Positions 19,555-27,735 of a stretch of DNA of 64,000 nt are shown here, piece by piece (position 1 is the stretch's first letter; every line of letters begins with the position of its first letter). This DNA is from Longimicrobiales bacterium. Its GTDB lineage: Bacteria; Gemmatimonadota; Gemmatimonadetes; Longimicrobiales; RSA9. The position numbers and the translations under genes were made by a program. The notes beneath the pieces are model-generated. The model had not been told where the DNA came from, made no database searches, and saw only the letters and a list, made by a program, of their open reading frames with translations. The stretch lies in assembly GCA_035715725.1 (NCBI GenBank), contig DASTKT010000096.1, positions 421 to 64,420 of the forward strand, given 5' to 3'.

Positions 19555-19911
19555 TTAGCCGATGAAGCTGGGGAGCGGGTGCTCCGGCGCCGGCGCGGTG
19601 CCGGCGGCGGTCCGCGCCTCGAGTTCGGCGCGCACGAACTTCAATACCTGCCCCTCGTCCAGCCGCTCCGCGTCCCAGAAGCGCGTGAAGGCGTTCCCAC
19701 GCCGGCCCTTCCGGTCGCAGTCCACCGACCCCGCGCTCCCGCGGCGGTAGCTCAGGACACAGCCATCCCACGTCCCGCGCTTGACGACCCCCCGTTCGAG
19801 GTCAATGGAGAGCTGCACCAGACCATCGTAGGCGAATTCCCTGAGTTCGGTCCGGAGCTCGTTCTCGGCGTCGGCCATTCGGGGGCTGGAGAGGAAGGAG
19901 AATAGCCACAT
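19555..19911 (-). CDS. Hypothetical protein
   Basis: Internal ATG (19911) of track ORF 19555..20055 with AGGAGG 6 nt upstream. 118 aa, beginning MWLFSFLSSPRMADAENELRTEL. Confidence 0.5.
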   Translation of the reverse strand: MWLFSFLSSPRMADAENELRTELREFAYDGLVQLSIDLERGVVKRGTWDGCVLSYRRGSAGSVDCDRKGRRGNAFTRFWDAERLDEGQVLKFVRAELEARTAAGTAPAPEHPLPSFIG

Positions 19912-20028
19912 ACGAAGCCTCCTACACGGGGGACTGCAACGGCGGGAGGGACCCGCCCGGGGGAACCGTATGCGCGGGCAAAAGAAAAAGGGACCCCGGC
20001 CGGCGCTGCCTCGCGCGGGATCCCTTGA

Positions 20029-20101
20029 CTGGGGCGGCAGGGCTCGAACCTGCAACCTGCCGGTTAACAGCCGGCCGCTCTGCCCGTTGAGCTACACCCC
20101 A
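20029..20101 (-). tRNA. tRNA-Asn (anticodon GTT)
   Basis: Minus-strand sequence folds by hand as a cloverleaf. Acceptor tggggtg/cgcccca; D-arm gctc-aacgggca-gagc; anticodon arm gccgg-ctGTTaa-ccggc; variable loop aggtt; T-arm gcagg-ttcgagc-cctgc. G discriminator; CCA is not encoded. Confidence 0.9.
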
Positions 20102-20317
20102 TTCGCGAAGCCTGGAAAGTGAGCCGCGGGCGCGGCTCGCCAAGGCTTCCCCATGTGTTCCCGGAACCTAATCCGCCGCTCGAATGGGGTCAACCCTTCG
20201 GGCCTTGCGGGGCCGCAAGAGTCGCGCCTCGAAGCGCCCCGCGAACACCCTCGATCGGCGCGTGATCGGTCGCCGCCGGCCACATTGGTCCGGGCAGCCG
20301 CGATTCGTGTCGGCCGC

Positions 20318-21232
20318 TCAGAGGTGCCGCGAGGCCGGCAGGAGCGAGCGGTGGATCGCGAGTGCCGCCCTCACCCCGGAGGCGGCCGCGCTGACGGCGA
20401 GGTACGGCGGTCCCGCCAGGTCGCCGGCCGCGAAGACTCCGCGAATCGACGTCTCCTGCGCATGATCGACGGTCAGTTGGCCACCCTCGCGGTCGCAGCC
20501 GAGCACCTCGGCGATGTCGCACGCGGGACGGGCGCCGAGATGGAAGAAGAGCGCCTCGGCGGTGACGGCCGGCGGCGCATCGAGCTCGATCCGCTCCAGC
20601 CGGCCACCGGCTGCGACGATCCGCCGGACCCTCTCGGTCCGGAGCTGGATGTCGTTCGCGCGCAGCTTGTCGAGCTCCTCGGGTCGGAGCTCGTTCGGTG
20701 CGCCGTCGGTCAGGAGCTGCACGCTGGAGGCCCAGGTGAGCAGGTACAGCGCGAGTGCCGCCGCCTCGCGATCACGGCCGTAGACCGCGACGGGTGCGCC
20801 CACCACGCTCGGTCCGTCGCAGTCCGGGCAATGGAAGGCGGACTGCCCGAACGCCTCCTCGAGCCCCGGCAGCTCCGGGAGCAGATCGCGCAGGCCGAAC
20901 GCGAGGAGCACCCGACGTGCGTGCTGGATCGCGCCCTCGTCCGTGCGGACCGTGAACGCGTCCTGCGCGCCCTCGACCGAGCGTACCGTGCCGGAGGCGA
21001 ATTCGGCGCCGGCGGCCATGGCCTGCTCGCGGAGCCGAGCCCGGATCTCGTCCGGCGGCAGGTCGGGCAGGCCGGGGAACCCGTGAACGGCCCACGTGAC
21101 GCGGTTGCGGGGCCGGCCGGCGTCCAGCACCAGCGCACGGCGGCGGTATCGCGCGAGCCAGAGCGCCGCGGAGAGCCCCGCGGGCCCGCCGCCGACCACG
21201 ACGACATCCCATCCCGCGGCGGCGCGGCTCAC
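20318..21232 (-). CDS. Thioredoxin-reductase-like FAD-dependent pyridine nucleotide-disulfide oxidoreductase
   Basis: C-terminal 304 codons of track ORF 20318..22117. The GTG start overlaps the kinase TGA (GTGA). Contains DVVVVGGGPAGLSAAL, the redox motif HCPDCDG, and GVFAAGD. Confidence 0.8.
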   Translation of the reverse strand: MSRAAAGWDVVVVGGGPAGLSAALWLARYRRRALVLDAGRPRNRVTWAVHGFPGLPDLPPDEIRARLREQAMAAGAEFASGTVRSVEGAQDAFTVRTDEGAIQHARRVLLAFGLRDLLPELPGLEEAFGQSAFHCPDCDGPSVVGAPVAVYGRDREAAALALYLLTWASSVQLLTDGAPNELRPEELDKLRANDIQLRTERVRRIVAAGGRLERIELDAPPAVTAEALFFHLGARPACDIAEVLGCDREGGQLTVDHAQETSIRGVFAAGDLAGPPYLAVSAAASGVRAALAIHRSLLPASRHL

Positions 21233-22698
21233 GACGGCAGCGTGGCGGGGGCCGGCGCGGGCTGGCGGATCGGCAGCACGATCTGGAAGCTGGTGCCCCG
21301 GCCCGGGGAGCTCTCCACGCTGATCCGTCCACCGTGGGCCTCCGCCACCTCCCGTGCGATGCTGAGCCCGAGGCCGGCGCCCTTGGTCCGGGCCTCCGCT
21401 CCCACCTGGTAGTACTTCTCGAAGATGTGCGCGAGCTGCTGGGGCGGGATCCCGACGCCTGTGTCCGTCACGGTCAGGTGCACGCTGTCCTTCGTCCCGC
21501 GGGCGAGCACGCGGATCCGCCCGCCGGCCGGGGTGAACTTCAGCGCGTTCGACAGGAGGTTGCCGAGCAGCTGGTCGCGGATGCGCGGCGCGTCGATCGG
21601 CACGTGCTGCGGCGTGGACGGGTCCACCTGGACCTGGAGGTCGATCTCCTTCTGCCGCGCGAGCGGGTCGAAGGCTCGCTCCACCTCCCCGAGGAGCGCG
21701 TACAGGTCCGCGACCTCGACCTCCATCCGCAGCCCGCCCGCCTCCAGGCGGCTGATGTCCAGCAACTGGTTCACCAGCCGGGTGAGCACACGGGTCTGCT
21801 CGTGGACCGCGCCCAGCACCTCCCGCTGCTTCTCGTTCACGTCGCCGTAGATGCCGTCCTCGAGCAGCTCCGTGTACCCGCCGACCACGTTGATCGGCGT
21901 CTTCAGCTCGTGCGTGGCGATGCTGATGAACTCGGCCTTCAGCCGGTCCAGCTCCGCCAGGCGCTGCGTCATGGAGCGGAACGACCGGGCGAGGTCGCCG
22001 ATCTCGTCGTCGCGGCGGTACGGCAGGTCGCCGGGCACGATGAACTCCCCCCCCGCGACGGCGGCCATCGCGCGCCGCAGCTTCCGGAGCGGCCGCGTAA
22101 AGGCGTCCGTCGTCCACAGCCCCAGCAGCAGCGTGATCAGCAGGGCGACGATGAGGCCGCCGAGCATCGTGGTCGTCGCCGTCGCGCTGATCTTCCGCGC
22201 TCGATTGACTTCGCCCTGGCTGCGGTGGTCGATGGCCTGCGCGATGTCGTCCAGCGAATCCTGCACCGCGGCGAGCGCGGGCTTCAGCCCCTCGAACGCC
22301 TGGGCCGCCTCGTTGACGCGTCCGCTCTGGACGAGCTCCTCGATCCGCTGCGTCGAGCGGCCGATCGCATCGAGGCGTGCGCCCGTCGCGCTCACCGCTT
22401 CGGCGTAACCGGCCGCTCCGAGCCGCGCAATCTGCGTCCGCGCGTTGATCAGCGCGTTGTGCATGCCGACCCGCTGGTCCTCCGACGGCGTCGCGATGTA
22501 GCTGCGCTCGAACCGGTTCAACTCGGCCAGCTCGCGCTGCAGACCGCCCAGCGCGAGAAACGCCGCGGCGTGGCGGCCCTGGAGTTCCTCGGCGATGTCC
22601 CGGAGATCCGCGAGCTGGCTCACGCCGTACACCGCTGGAATGACCAGGAGCGCGATTGTGCCTGCCAGGGAGAGGACCAGACGGGTTCGAACGGTCAT
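21229..22698 (-). CDS. Sensor histidine kinase (periplasmic helical sensor, HAMP, HisKA, HATPase)
   Basis: Track ORF 21229..22758. I prefer the ATG at 22698 (MTVRTRLVLSLAG, first TM). H-box IATHELKTPINVV, N-box LLSNALKFT, G-boxes DTGVGIP and GAGLGLSIA. Confidence 0.85.
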   Translation of the reverse strand: MTVRTRLVLSLAGTIALLVIPAVYGVSQLADLRDIAEELQGRHAAAFLALGGLQRELAELNRFERSYIATPSEDQRVGMHNALINARTQIARLGAAGYAEAVSATGARLDAIGRSTQRIEELVQSGRVNEAAQAFEGLKPALAAVQDSLDDIAQAIDHRSQGEVNRARKISATATTTMLGGLIVALLITLLLGLWTTDAFTRPLRKLRRAMAAVAGGEFIVPGDLPYRRDDEIGDLARSFRSMTQRLAELDRLKAEFISIATHELKTPINVVGGYTELLEDGIYGDVNEKQREVLGAVHEQTRVLTRLVNQLLDISRLEAGGLRMEVEVADLYALLGEVERAFDPLARQKEIDLQVQVDPSTPQHVPIDAPRIRDQLLGNLLSNALKFTPAGGRIRVLARGTKDSVHLTVTDTGVGIPPQQLAHIFEKYYQVGAEARTKGAGLGLSIAREVAEAHGGRISVESSPGRGTSFQIVLPIRQPAPAPATLPS

Positions 22699-22726
22699 GC
22701 GCGTCGTCGGTGTCTCGGCGGGACCG

Positions 22727-23413
22727 TCAAGGTTTGAGGATCCGGCGGATGCGGGCAAGCTCCTGCTGCGTGTCTTCGAGCTGCTTGTCCTTGTCCGCGA
22801 TCTGCCGGTCCCGCTCCGAAACCTGTGCCTGCAGCCTCCGCAGGCGCGCGTTCAGCGAGTCCCGCGTCACCTCCAGCTCGCGGATCCGCGCCGTCACCGG
22901 GGCGCCCGGAAGCTGAGGCAGCGCGCGCGTGCGACCCGCCTGCGCCAACGTCCGGGCGCGAACCGAGTCCAGCAGGACGTCGCGCGCCATCGCCCGCGCC
23001 GAATCCGCGACCGCCTCCGCCTGGTCGGCCCGCTGCTCCGCCGCGCCGAGCTCCAGTGCCAGTAGGTACAGAACCTCGGCCGGCTCCTCCGCCACCGCCG
23101 TGGTGTCCGCGAGCCCCAGATACTGCGCCAGCAGCGCCGCGCCGCCCGGGAGGTCGCGCGCCGGATTCCGCGGGTCCAGCCGGCTCGCGGCCAGCGACAG
23201 CAACGCCTGCTTCCCGACCGTTCCATCCGGATCGGTCCGGTAGAGCCGCTCGAGTTGCATCGCCGCGGCGCCGTAGTCGCCGCGATCGAGCGTGACGAGC
23301 GCCTGCTCCAGGCGGACCTCCGGACCCGCCGGCACCGGCTCGCGGCGCCGCATGACGGCGCACGAGAGCGGTGCGGCGAGTGCCGCCACGAGCAGCAGCA
23401 CGGTCGATCTCAT
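22727..23413 (-). CDS. Hypothetical lipoprotein with TPR-like region and C-terminal coiled coil
   Basis: Internal ATG (23413) of track ORF 22727..23476. MRSTVLLLVAALAAPLSC is a lipobox. The C-terminus RLRRLQAQVSERDRQIADKDKQLEDTQQELARIRRILKP is heptad-like. Confidence 0.55.
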   Translation of the reverse strand: MRSTVLLLVAALAAPLSCAVMRRREPVPAGPEVRLEQALVTLDRGDYGAAAMQLERLYRTDPDGTVGKQALLSLAASRLDPRNPARDLPGGAALLAQYLGLADTTAVAEEPAEVLYLLALELGAAEQRADQAEAVADSARAMARDVLLDSVRARTLAQAGRTRALPQLPGAPVTARIRELEVTRDSLNARLRRLQAQVSERDRQIADKDKQLEDTQQELARIRRILKP

Positions 23414-23511
23414 TCCTCGATGGCTCCTCTGCCGGGTCCGAGCCCGGGCTCTTCGCGACGTTGTGGGACCATGCAAAGCCTAGGCCCCGATCGGCCCCCT
23501 CGCAATGCCCG

Positions 23512-23527
23512 CGGCACGCGCCGTGCA
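23512..23527 (+). promoter_or_regulatory. Candidate sigma-54 (-24/-12) promoter upstream of the gvp operon
   Basis: cGGCACGcgccgTGCa compared with consensus TGGCACG-N4-TTGCW. GG (23513-14) and GC (23525-26) have the canonical spacing. It is about 130 nt upstream of the gvpF ATG on the correct strand. My rough base-composition estimate gives about 1e-3 chance occurrences in this 244-bp spacer. Confidence 0.4.
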
Positions 23528-23657
23528 AGGAATCCGGCGCGCTCGTCCGACATCGCCGCGTCCCGACTCGACCCCGGAATTCACGAGCCGCGTTGCATGC
23601 GCGGCCTCTGCACCGGTACATTCGGCCAGGCCCGCTCCCCCCAACCGACGAACGAGC

Positions 23658-24479
23658 ATGGATCGCGACCTGTCGCCGGCTCTCGATACCGGCACCGCCT
23701 ACGGGGATTCGGCGTCCGCCGACGAGGGGAAGTACGTGTACTGCGTCATCAAGACACCCGACGAGCGGGAGTTCGGACCCATCGGCATCGGCGAGGGTGG
23801 TAATGTCGTGTACACCGTAAGGTTCCAGGACCTCGCCGCGGTCGTCAGCGACACGCCGATCCGCATCTACGACCCGACGCGCGAGAACGTGCTCGCCCAC
23901 GAGCTCGTCAACGAGACCGTGATGCGCGAGTTCACCGTCATTCCGATGTCGTTCGGCACGATCTTTCGCACGAAGGAGGACATCGTCGAGCTGCTGAAGT
24001 CGACGTACCGCGCGTTCGACGACGTCCTCGAAAAAATGCGCGACAAGATCGAGTTCGGGCTCAAGGTGCTGTGGGATCGCGAGAAGGTCATCGCCCTCCT
24101 GGAGGCGGAGGACGAGGAGATCCGGCGGCTGAAGGAGGAGATCACGAACAACGCCCAGAGCTCCACGTACTTTGCCCGGATGCAGCTCGGCCGGCTCATC
24201 GAGAGCGCGCTCGAAGGCAGCGCCAACGACTACGTGGTCGACATCCACGAGTCGCTCAAGCCGGTCGCGGTGGCGAGCCGCTCGAACAAGCCGATCGGCG
24301 ACCGCATGATCATGAACGCCGCCTACCTCGTCGAGCGCAGCCGCGAGCACGACTTCGACGAGGCCGTAAAGGCGCTGAGCCGGAAGTACGAGGACCTGCT
24401 GTCGTTCAAGTACACCGGCCCCTGGCCGCCGTACAACTTCGTGAACATCAAGCTGCGGCTCGAGCGTGCCGACGCGTAG
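23658..24479 (+). CDS. gvpF: Gas vesicle protein GvpF/GvpL family (copy 1)
   Basis: Internal ATG of track ORF 23505..24479. Contains KYVYCVIK...VRFQDLAAVVSD...NVLAHELVNETVMREFTVIPMSFGTIF and C-terminal SFKYTGPWPPYNFV, the classic GvpF/L signature. Confidence 0.9.
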   Translation: MDRDLSPALDTGTAYGDSASADEGKYVYCVIKTPDEREFGPIGIGEGGNVVYTVRFQDLAAVVSDTPIRIYDPTRENVLAHELVNETVMREFTVIPMSFGTIFRTKEDIVELLKSTYRAFDDVLEKMRDKIEFGLKVLWDREKVIALLEAEDEEIRRLKEEITNNAQSSTYFARMQLGRLIESALEGSANDYVVDIHESLKPVAVASRSNKPIGDRMIMNAAYLVERSREHDFDEAVKALSRKYEDLLSFKYTGPWPPYNFVNIKLRLERADA

Positions 24480-24520
24480 GCGATCCTCGCTCCGGCGCGC
24501 CGCGTAGCGGCCCGCGTGCC

Positions 24521-24916
24521 ATGGGTATCCTCAAGCACCTCCTCTTCTGGCCCGTCACGGGCCCGCTCTTCCTCGCCGAGTTCGCCATGGACAAGGTCGA
24601 GGGTGTCGTTCGCGAGGAGCTCACCGACGATACCCCGGTGAAGGCCGCGCTGCTCGAGCTGCAGCTCGAGCTCGAGCTCGGCGACATCGACGACGCCGAG
24701 TACGTGCGGCGCGAGGCGGAGCTGATGTCTCGCCTGCGCGAGGTCCGCGAGTGGCGCGAGCGCTTCGGCATGGGCGTCGCCGGCGGCGTGGTGAAGGTGG
24801 CGGCGCCCGAGGAAGGCGAGCCGGAGTCCGAGGAGCCGCCCCCGGCGCCGGAGGAAGGACCCAGCGTCGCGGATCCCCACGGGGCCACCATCGAGCTGAA
24901 CTTCGACTGGGAATGA
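24521..24916 (+). CDS. gvpG: Gas vesicle protein GvpG
   Basis: Internal ATG of track ORF 24071..24916. MGILKHLLFWPVTGPLFLAEFAMDKVEGVV...LLELQLELELGDIDDAEYVRREAELMSRL matches the GvpG pattern, followed by an acidic Pro/Glu-rich tail. Confidence 0.75.
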   Translation: MGILKHLLFWPVTGPLFLAEFAMDKVEGVVREELTDDTPVKAALLELQLELELGDIDDAEYVRREAELMSRLREVREWRERFGMGVAGGVVKVAAPEEGEPESEEPPPAPEEGPSVADPHGATIELNFDWE

Positions 24917-26745
24917 GCGACGCTCTCGCGGCGTTGGCCGGCCGCGTGGGCGCGCGCACCACGTTCGTGGTCGGGAAGGGTGGCGTGGGCAAGACGACCA
25001 CCGCCGCCGCCCTCGCCCTCCGCCTCGCCGACTCCGGGCGGCGTACCCACCTCGTCTCGACCGATCCCGCCCACTCCGTCGGCGACGTCTTCGACGTCCG
25101 CCTCCCCGACGGCCGCGTGCACGAGAGCCCGTGCGTCGGCCGGCTCACGCTCGAGGAGTTCGACGCCGCCGGGTACGCGCGCCGCTGGGCCGGCCAGGCG
25201 GAGGCCGCCGTGGCGGAGCTCGTCGAGCGCGGCACCTACCTCGACGCCGAGGACTCCCGGGCGCTAATGGAGCTGTCGCTCCCCGGCGTGGACGAGGTCA
25301 TGGCCGTGCTGCGCCTGGTCGAGCTCGCCGGCGAGCCGATCGAACGGGTGGTCGTCGACACCGCGCCGACCGGGCACATGCTGCGGATGCTCGATGCCGG
25401 GCGCCTCATCGAGGGATGGGTGGCCGCGCTGCGGGCCATGGCGGAGAAGGCCGATGTGGTCGCCTCGAGCCTGGTCGGCCGCGCCGTCCGCAGCCCTGCG
25501 GAGGACTTCCTGGACGAGCTGTACGGGCGCGTCGAGCGCTTCACGCGTAGCGTGCTGGCGGCCGCGGAGTTCGTGGTCGTGACCCGCGCCGAGCCGGCCG
25601 TCGAGGCCGAGACCGCGCGGCTGCGGGCGGAGCTCGCCCGGCGGGGACTCACGCTGGCGGCGGAGGTCGTCGTCGGGGGTCCGGCGGCCGGCGCCGGGAG
25701 CATCGCCCTGGTCGGCGAGCCGGGGATCCGGCGGTGCGAGGCGTTGCGTCGCCTCGGCCGCGAGGTGGCGGAGCCGAAGGGGACGGCCGAGCGCTCCGCT
25801 GCGCCCGCGAGAGCGTGGCCGCCACCCGGGCGCCCGCGCGGTGCCGGAGCCTGGCTCCTGTCGCGCCCCGGGTCGCTCTTCCTCTTCGCCGGCAAGGGGG
25901 GCGTCGGAAAGACGACCTGTGCCGCCGCCTTCGCGCTCGCGCTCGCGGAGTCCCGGCCCGTTGCGCTTCTCAGCACCGATCCCGCGGGCTCGCTCGAGGA
26001 CGTCCTGGGGCTGCCGGTGCCGGCGGAGGGCGCGCGCACCGGCAGCCTGCTGGCGCGCCAGGCCGATGCGGCGGCGGAATTTGCGCGGCTCCGTGAGCGG
26101 TACCGCAAGGAGGTCGGCGCTCTCTTCGACGCGCTCGGGCTGGAGCGCGCGGCGGCGCTCGACCGGGCCGTCGTGGAGTCGCTCTGGGAGATGGCGCCCC
26201 CGGGAATGGACGAGATCGCGGCGCTGCTCCAGATCTCATCCGCCACCGAGGCCGGCACGGTCCTGGTCGTCGATCCCGCGCCGGCCGGCCACCTGCTCCG
26301 GCTGCTGGAGCTGCCCGGGATCGCGCTCGAATGGACGCACTCGCTCCTACGAATTTTCCTGAAGTACGGCCTGGCGCGCAGCCTTGACGAGCTTGTTCAG
26401 GGGGTACTACAGTTCGCTAAGGAACTGAAAGAACTTACGATCCGGCTGAGCGACCCCCAGCGGACCTCCGCCTTCGTCGTCACGCTCGACGAGCCGGTGG
26501 TGCGGATGGAGACGTTGCGCCTGGAGGCGGCGCTGCGGCGCGCCTCGGTGGCCATCTCGGCGGTCATCGTCAACCGGACCGAGGCCGGCACGGGCGCTGG
26601 GGCCGCGGGCGCGGTCGCCGGGGAATCGCGGGTGGACGGCCGATCCGGGCGGCCGCCGACCATCATCGCCCCGCGCCTGGCGCCTCCGCCGTCGGGCGCT
26701 CCGGCGCTCCAGGCGTTTCTGGCCCGGTGGGAGTTCGCGTCTTGA
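24913..26745 (+). CDS. Tandem-domain ArsA/Get3-like (SIMIBI) ATPase embedded in the gvp operon
   Basis: ATG at 24913 overlaps the gvpG TGA (ATGA). 610 aa. Half 1 has GKGGVGKTT, STDPAHS and VVDTAPTGHMLRML. Half 2 has GKGGVGKTT, LSTDPAGS and VVDPAPAGHLLRLL. The ArsA cysteine triad is not apparent and there are no ars partner genes. Confidence 0.85.
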   Translation: MSDALAALAGRVGARTTFVVGKGGVGKTTTAAALALRLADSGRRTHLVSTDPAHSVGDVFDVRLPDGRVHESPCVGRLTLEEFDAAGYARRWAGQAEAAVAELVERGTYLDAEDSRALMELSLPGVDEVMAVLRLVELAGEPIERVVVDTAPTGHMLRMLDAGRLIEGWVAALRAMAEKADVVASSLVGRAVRSPAEDFLDELYGRVERFTRSVLAAAEFVVVTRAEPAVEAETARLRAELARRGLTLAAEVVVGGPAAGAGSIALVGEPGIRRCEALRRLGREVAEPKGTAERSAAPARAWPPPGRPRGAGAWLLSRPGSLFLFAGKGGVGKTTCAAAFALALAESRPVALLSTDPAGSLEDVLGLPVPAEGARTGSLLARQADAAAEFARLRERYRKEVGALFDALGLERAAALDRAVVESLWEMAPPGMDEIAALLQISSATEAGTVLVVDPAPAGHLLRLLELPGIALEWTHSLLRIFLKYGLARSLDELVQGVLQFAKELKELTIRLSDPQRTSAFVVTLDEPVVRMETLRLEAALRRASVAISAVIVNRTEAGTGAGAAGAVAGESRVDGRSGRPPTIIAPRLAPPPSGAPALQAFLARWEFAS

Positions 26746-27542
26746 GCGAGGTCTTCTACCTCTACGGCTTCGTCTCGGCCGACGCGACTCTCCCCGAGCG
26801 AGGGCTCGCCGGCCTCGCGGACGCGTCGGTCGAGCTCGTGCCGCTCGACGGCGTCGCCGCGGTGGTCAGCCGGCTCCCCGCCGCCGACTACGCCCCCGAG
26901 CGGCTGGACGAGCGGACCCGGGACCTGCCCTGGGTCGCGGAGCAGGGACTCGCCCACGAGCGCGTCGTCGCCTGGTTCGTCGACCACGCGCAGATCCTGC
27001 CGGTGGCGCTCTTCACGCTGTACTCCTCCCGTGCCACGCTCGTGGAGGATGCCGCGCGGCGCGGCCCGGCGCTGCGCGCCGCGCTGGCCCGCATGGCCGG
27101 CAAGCGGGAGTGGGACCTGAAGGTCGCGTACGCGGGCGACCGGTTGGCGGAGCACCTGGGCGAGGTCTCGGAGGCGGTCGCGGAGCTCGATCGCCGCATC
27201 GCGGAGGCGACCCCGGGCACGCGCTTCCTGCTGCAGCGGAAGCGCGACGAGGTCGTGGAGGCCGAGACGGCGCGAACCGCGCGGCGTCTCGCCGGCGAGC
27301 TCCTCGACTCGGTCGTGGCGGACGCGGACCGATTCGTGCTCGTGCCCGTGGGAGCGAGCGAGGGCACGCTGCCGGTCGTACTCAACGCGGCGCTGCTCCT
27401 GACGCTCGAGGCGGAGAGCCGCGTCGAGGAGCGGGTCCGGCGGCGCGCCGTCGCGCTCGAGAAGCTGGGGCTGCACGTCTCCTTCTCCGGACCGTGGGCG
27501 CCGTACCGGTTCCTGGAGGAGACGAGCGCGGATGCCGGATGA
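26742..27542 (+). CDS. Gas vesicle protein GvpF/GvpL family (copy 2)
   Basis: Track ORF 26727..27542. I prefer the TTG at 26742 (TTGA overlap with the ATPase stop), giving MSEVFYLYGFV as in other GvpF/L N-termini. C-terminus SFSGPWAPYRF. Confidence 0.8.
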   Translation: MSEVFYLYGFVSADATLPERGLAGLADASVELVPLDGVAAVVSRLPAADYAPERLDERTRDLPWVAEQGLAHERVVAWFVDHAQILPVALFTLYSSRATLVEDAARRGPALRAALARMAGKREWDLKVAYAGDRLAEHLGEVSEAVAELDRRIAEATPGTRFLLQRKRDEVVEAETARTARRLAGELLDSVVADADRFVLVPVGASEGTLPVVLNAALLLTLEAESRVEERVRRRAVALEKLGLHVSFSGPWAPYRFLEETSADAG

Positions 27543-27735
27543 GCTGACACTGCAGGACGAGCTCACGCTGGTCGAGCTCGTCAATCGGGTCCTCGACCGC
27601 GGCGTCGTGATCACCGGTGAGGTGACGATCAGCGTCGCGGGCGTGGATCTGGTGTTCCTCGGCCTCGACCTGCTGCTCACGTCCGTCGAGACGGCGGTGC
27701 AGCGGAAGCGACTGCCGCCGCCACGCACGGAATGA
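27532..27735 (+). CDS. Small GvpA-family protein (GvpS/GvpM-like)
   Basis: 67 aa. LVELVNRVLDRGVVITGEVTISVAGVDLVFLGLDLLLTSVE aligns by eye to the GvpA core. GGAGGAG lies about 10 nt upstream. Overlaps the preceding gene by 11 nt. Confidence 0.75.
   Translation: MPDELTLQDELTLVELVNRVLDRGVVITGEVTISVAGVDLVFLGLDLLLTSVETAVQRKRLPPPRTE

Noticed and set aside
19555-20317. Genomic island or prophage integrated at tRNA-Asn
   Set aside because: No integrase, no direct repeat of the tRNA 3' end, and no compositional break was seen on either side of the tRNA.
24913-26745. Interpreting the ArsA-like gene as an arsenite efflux ATPase (arsenic resistance)
   Set aside because: No arsB/acr3, arsC, arsD or arsR is present in the window. 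The three metalloid-binding cysteines of ArsA are not evident. The gene is translationally coupled on both sides to gvp genes.
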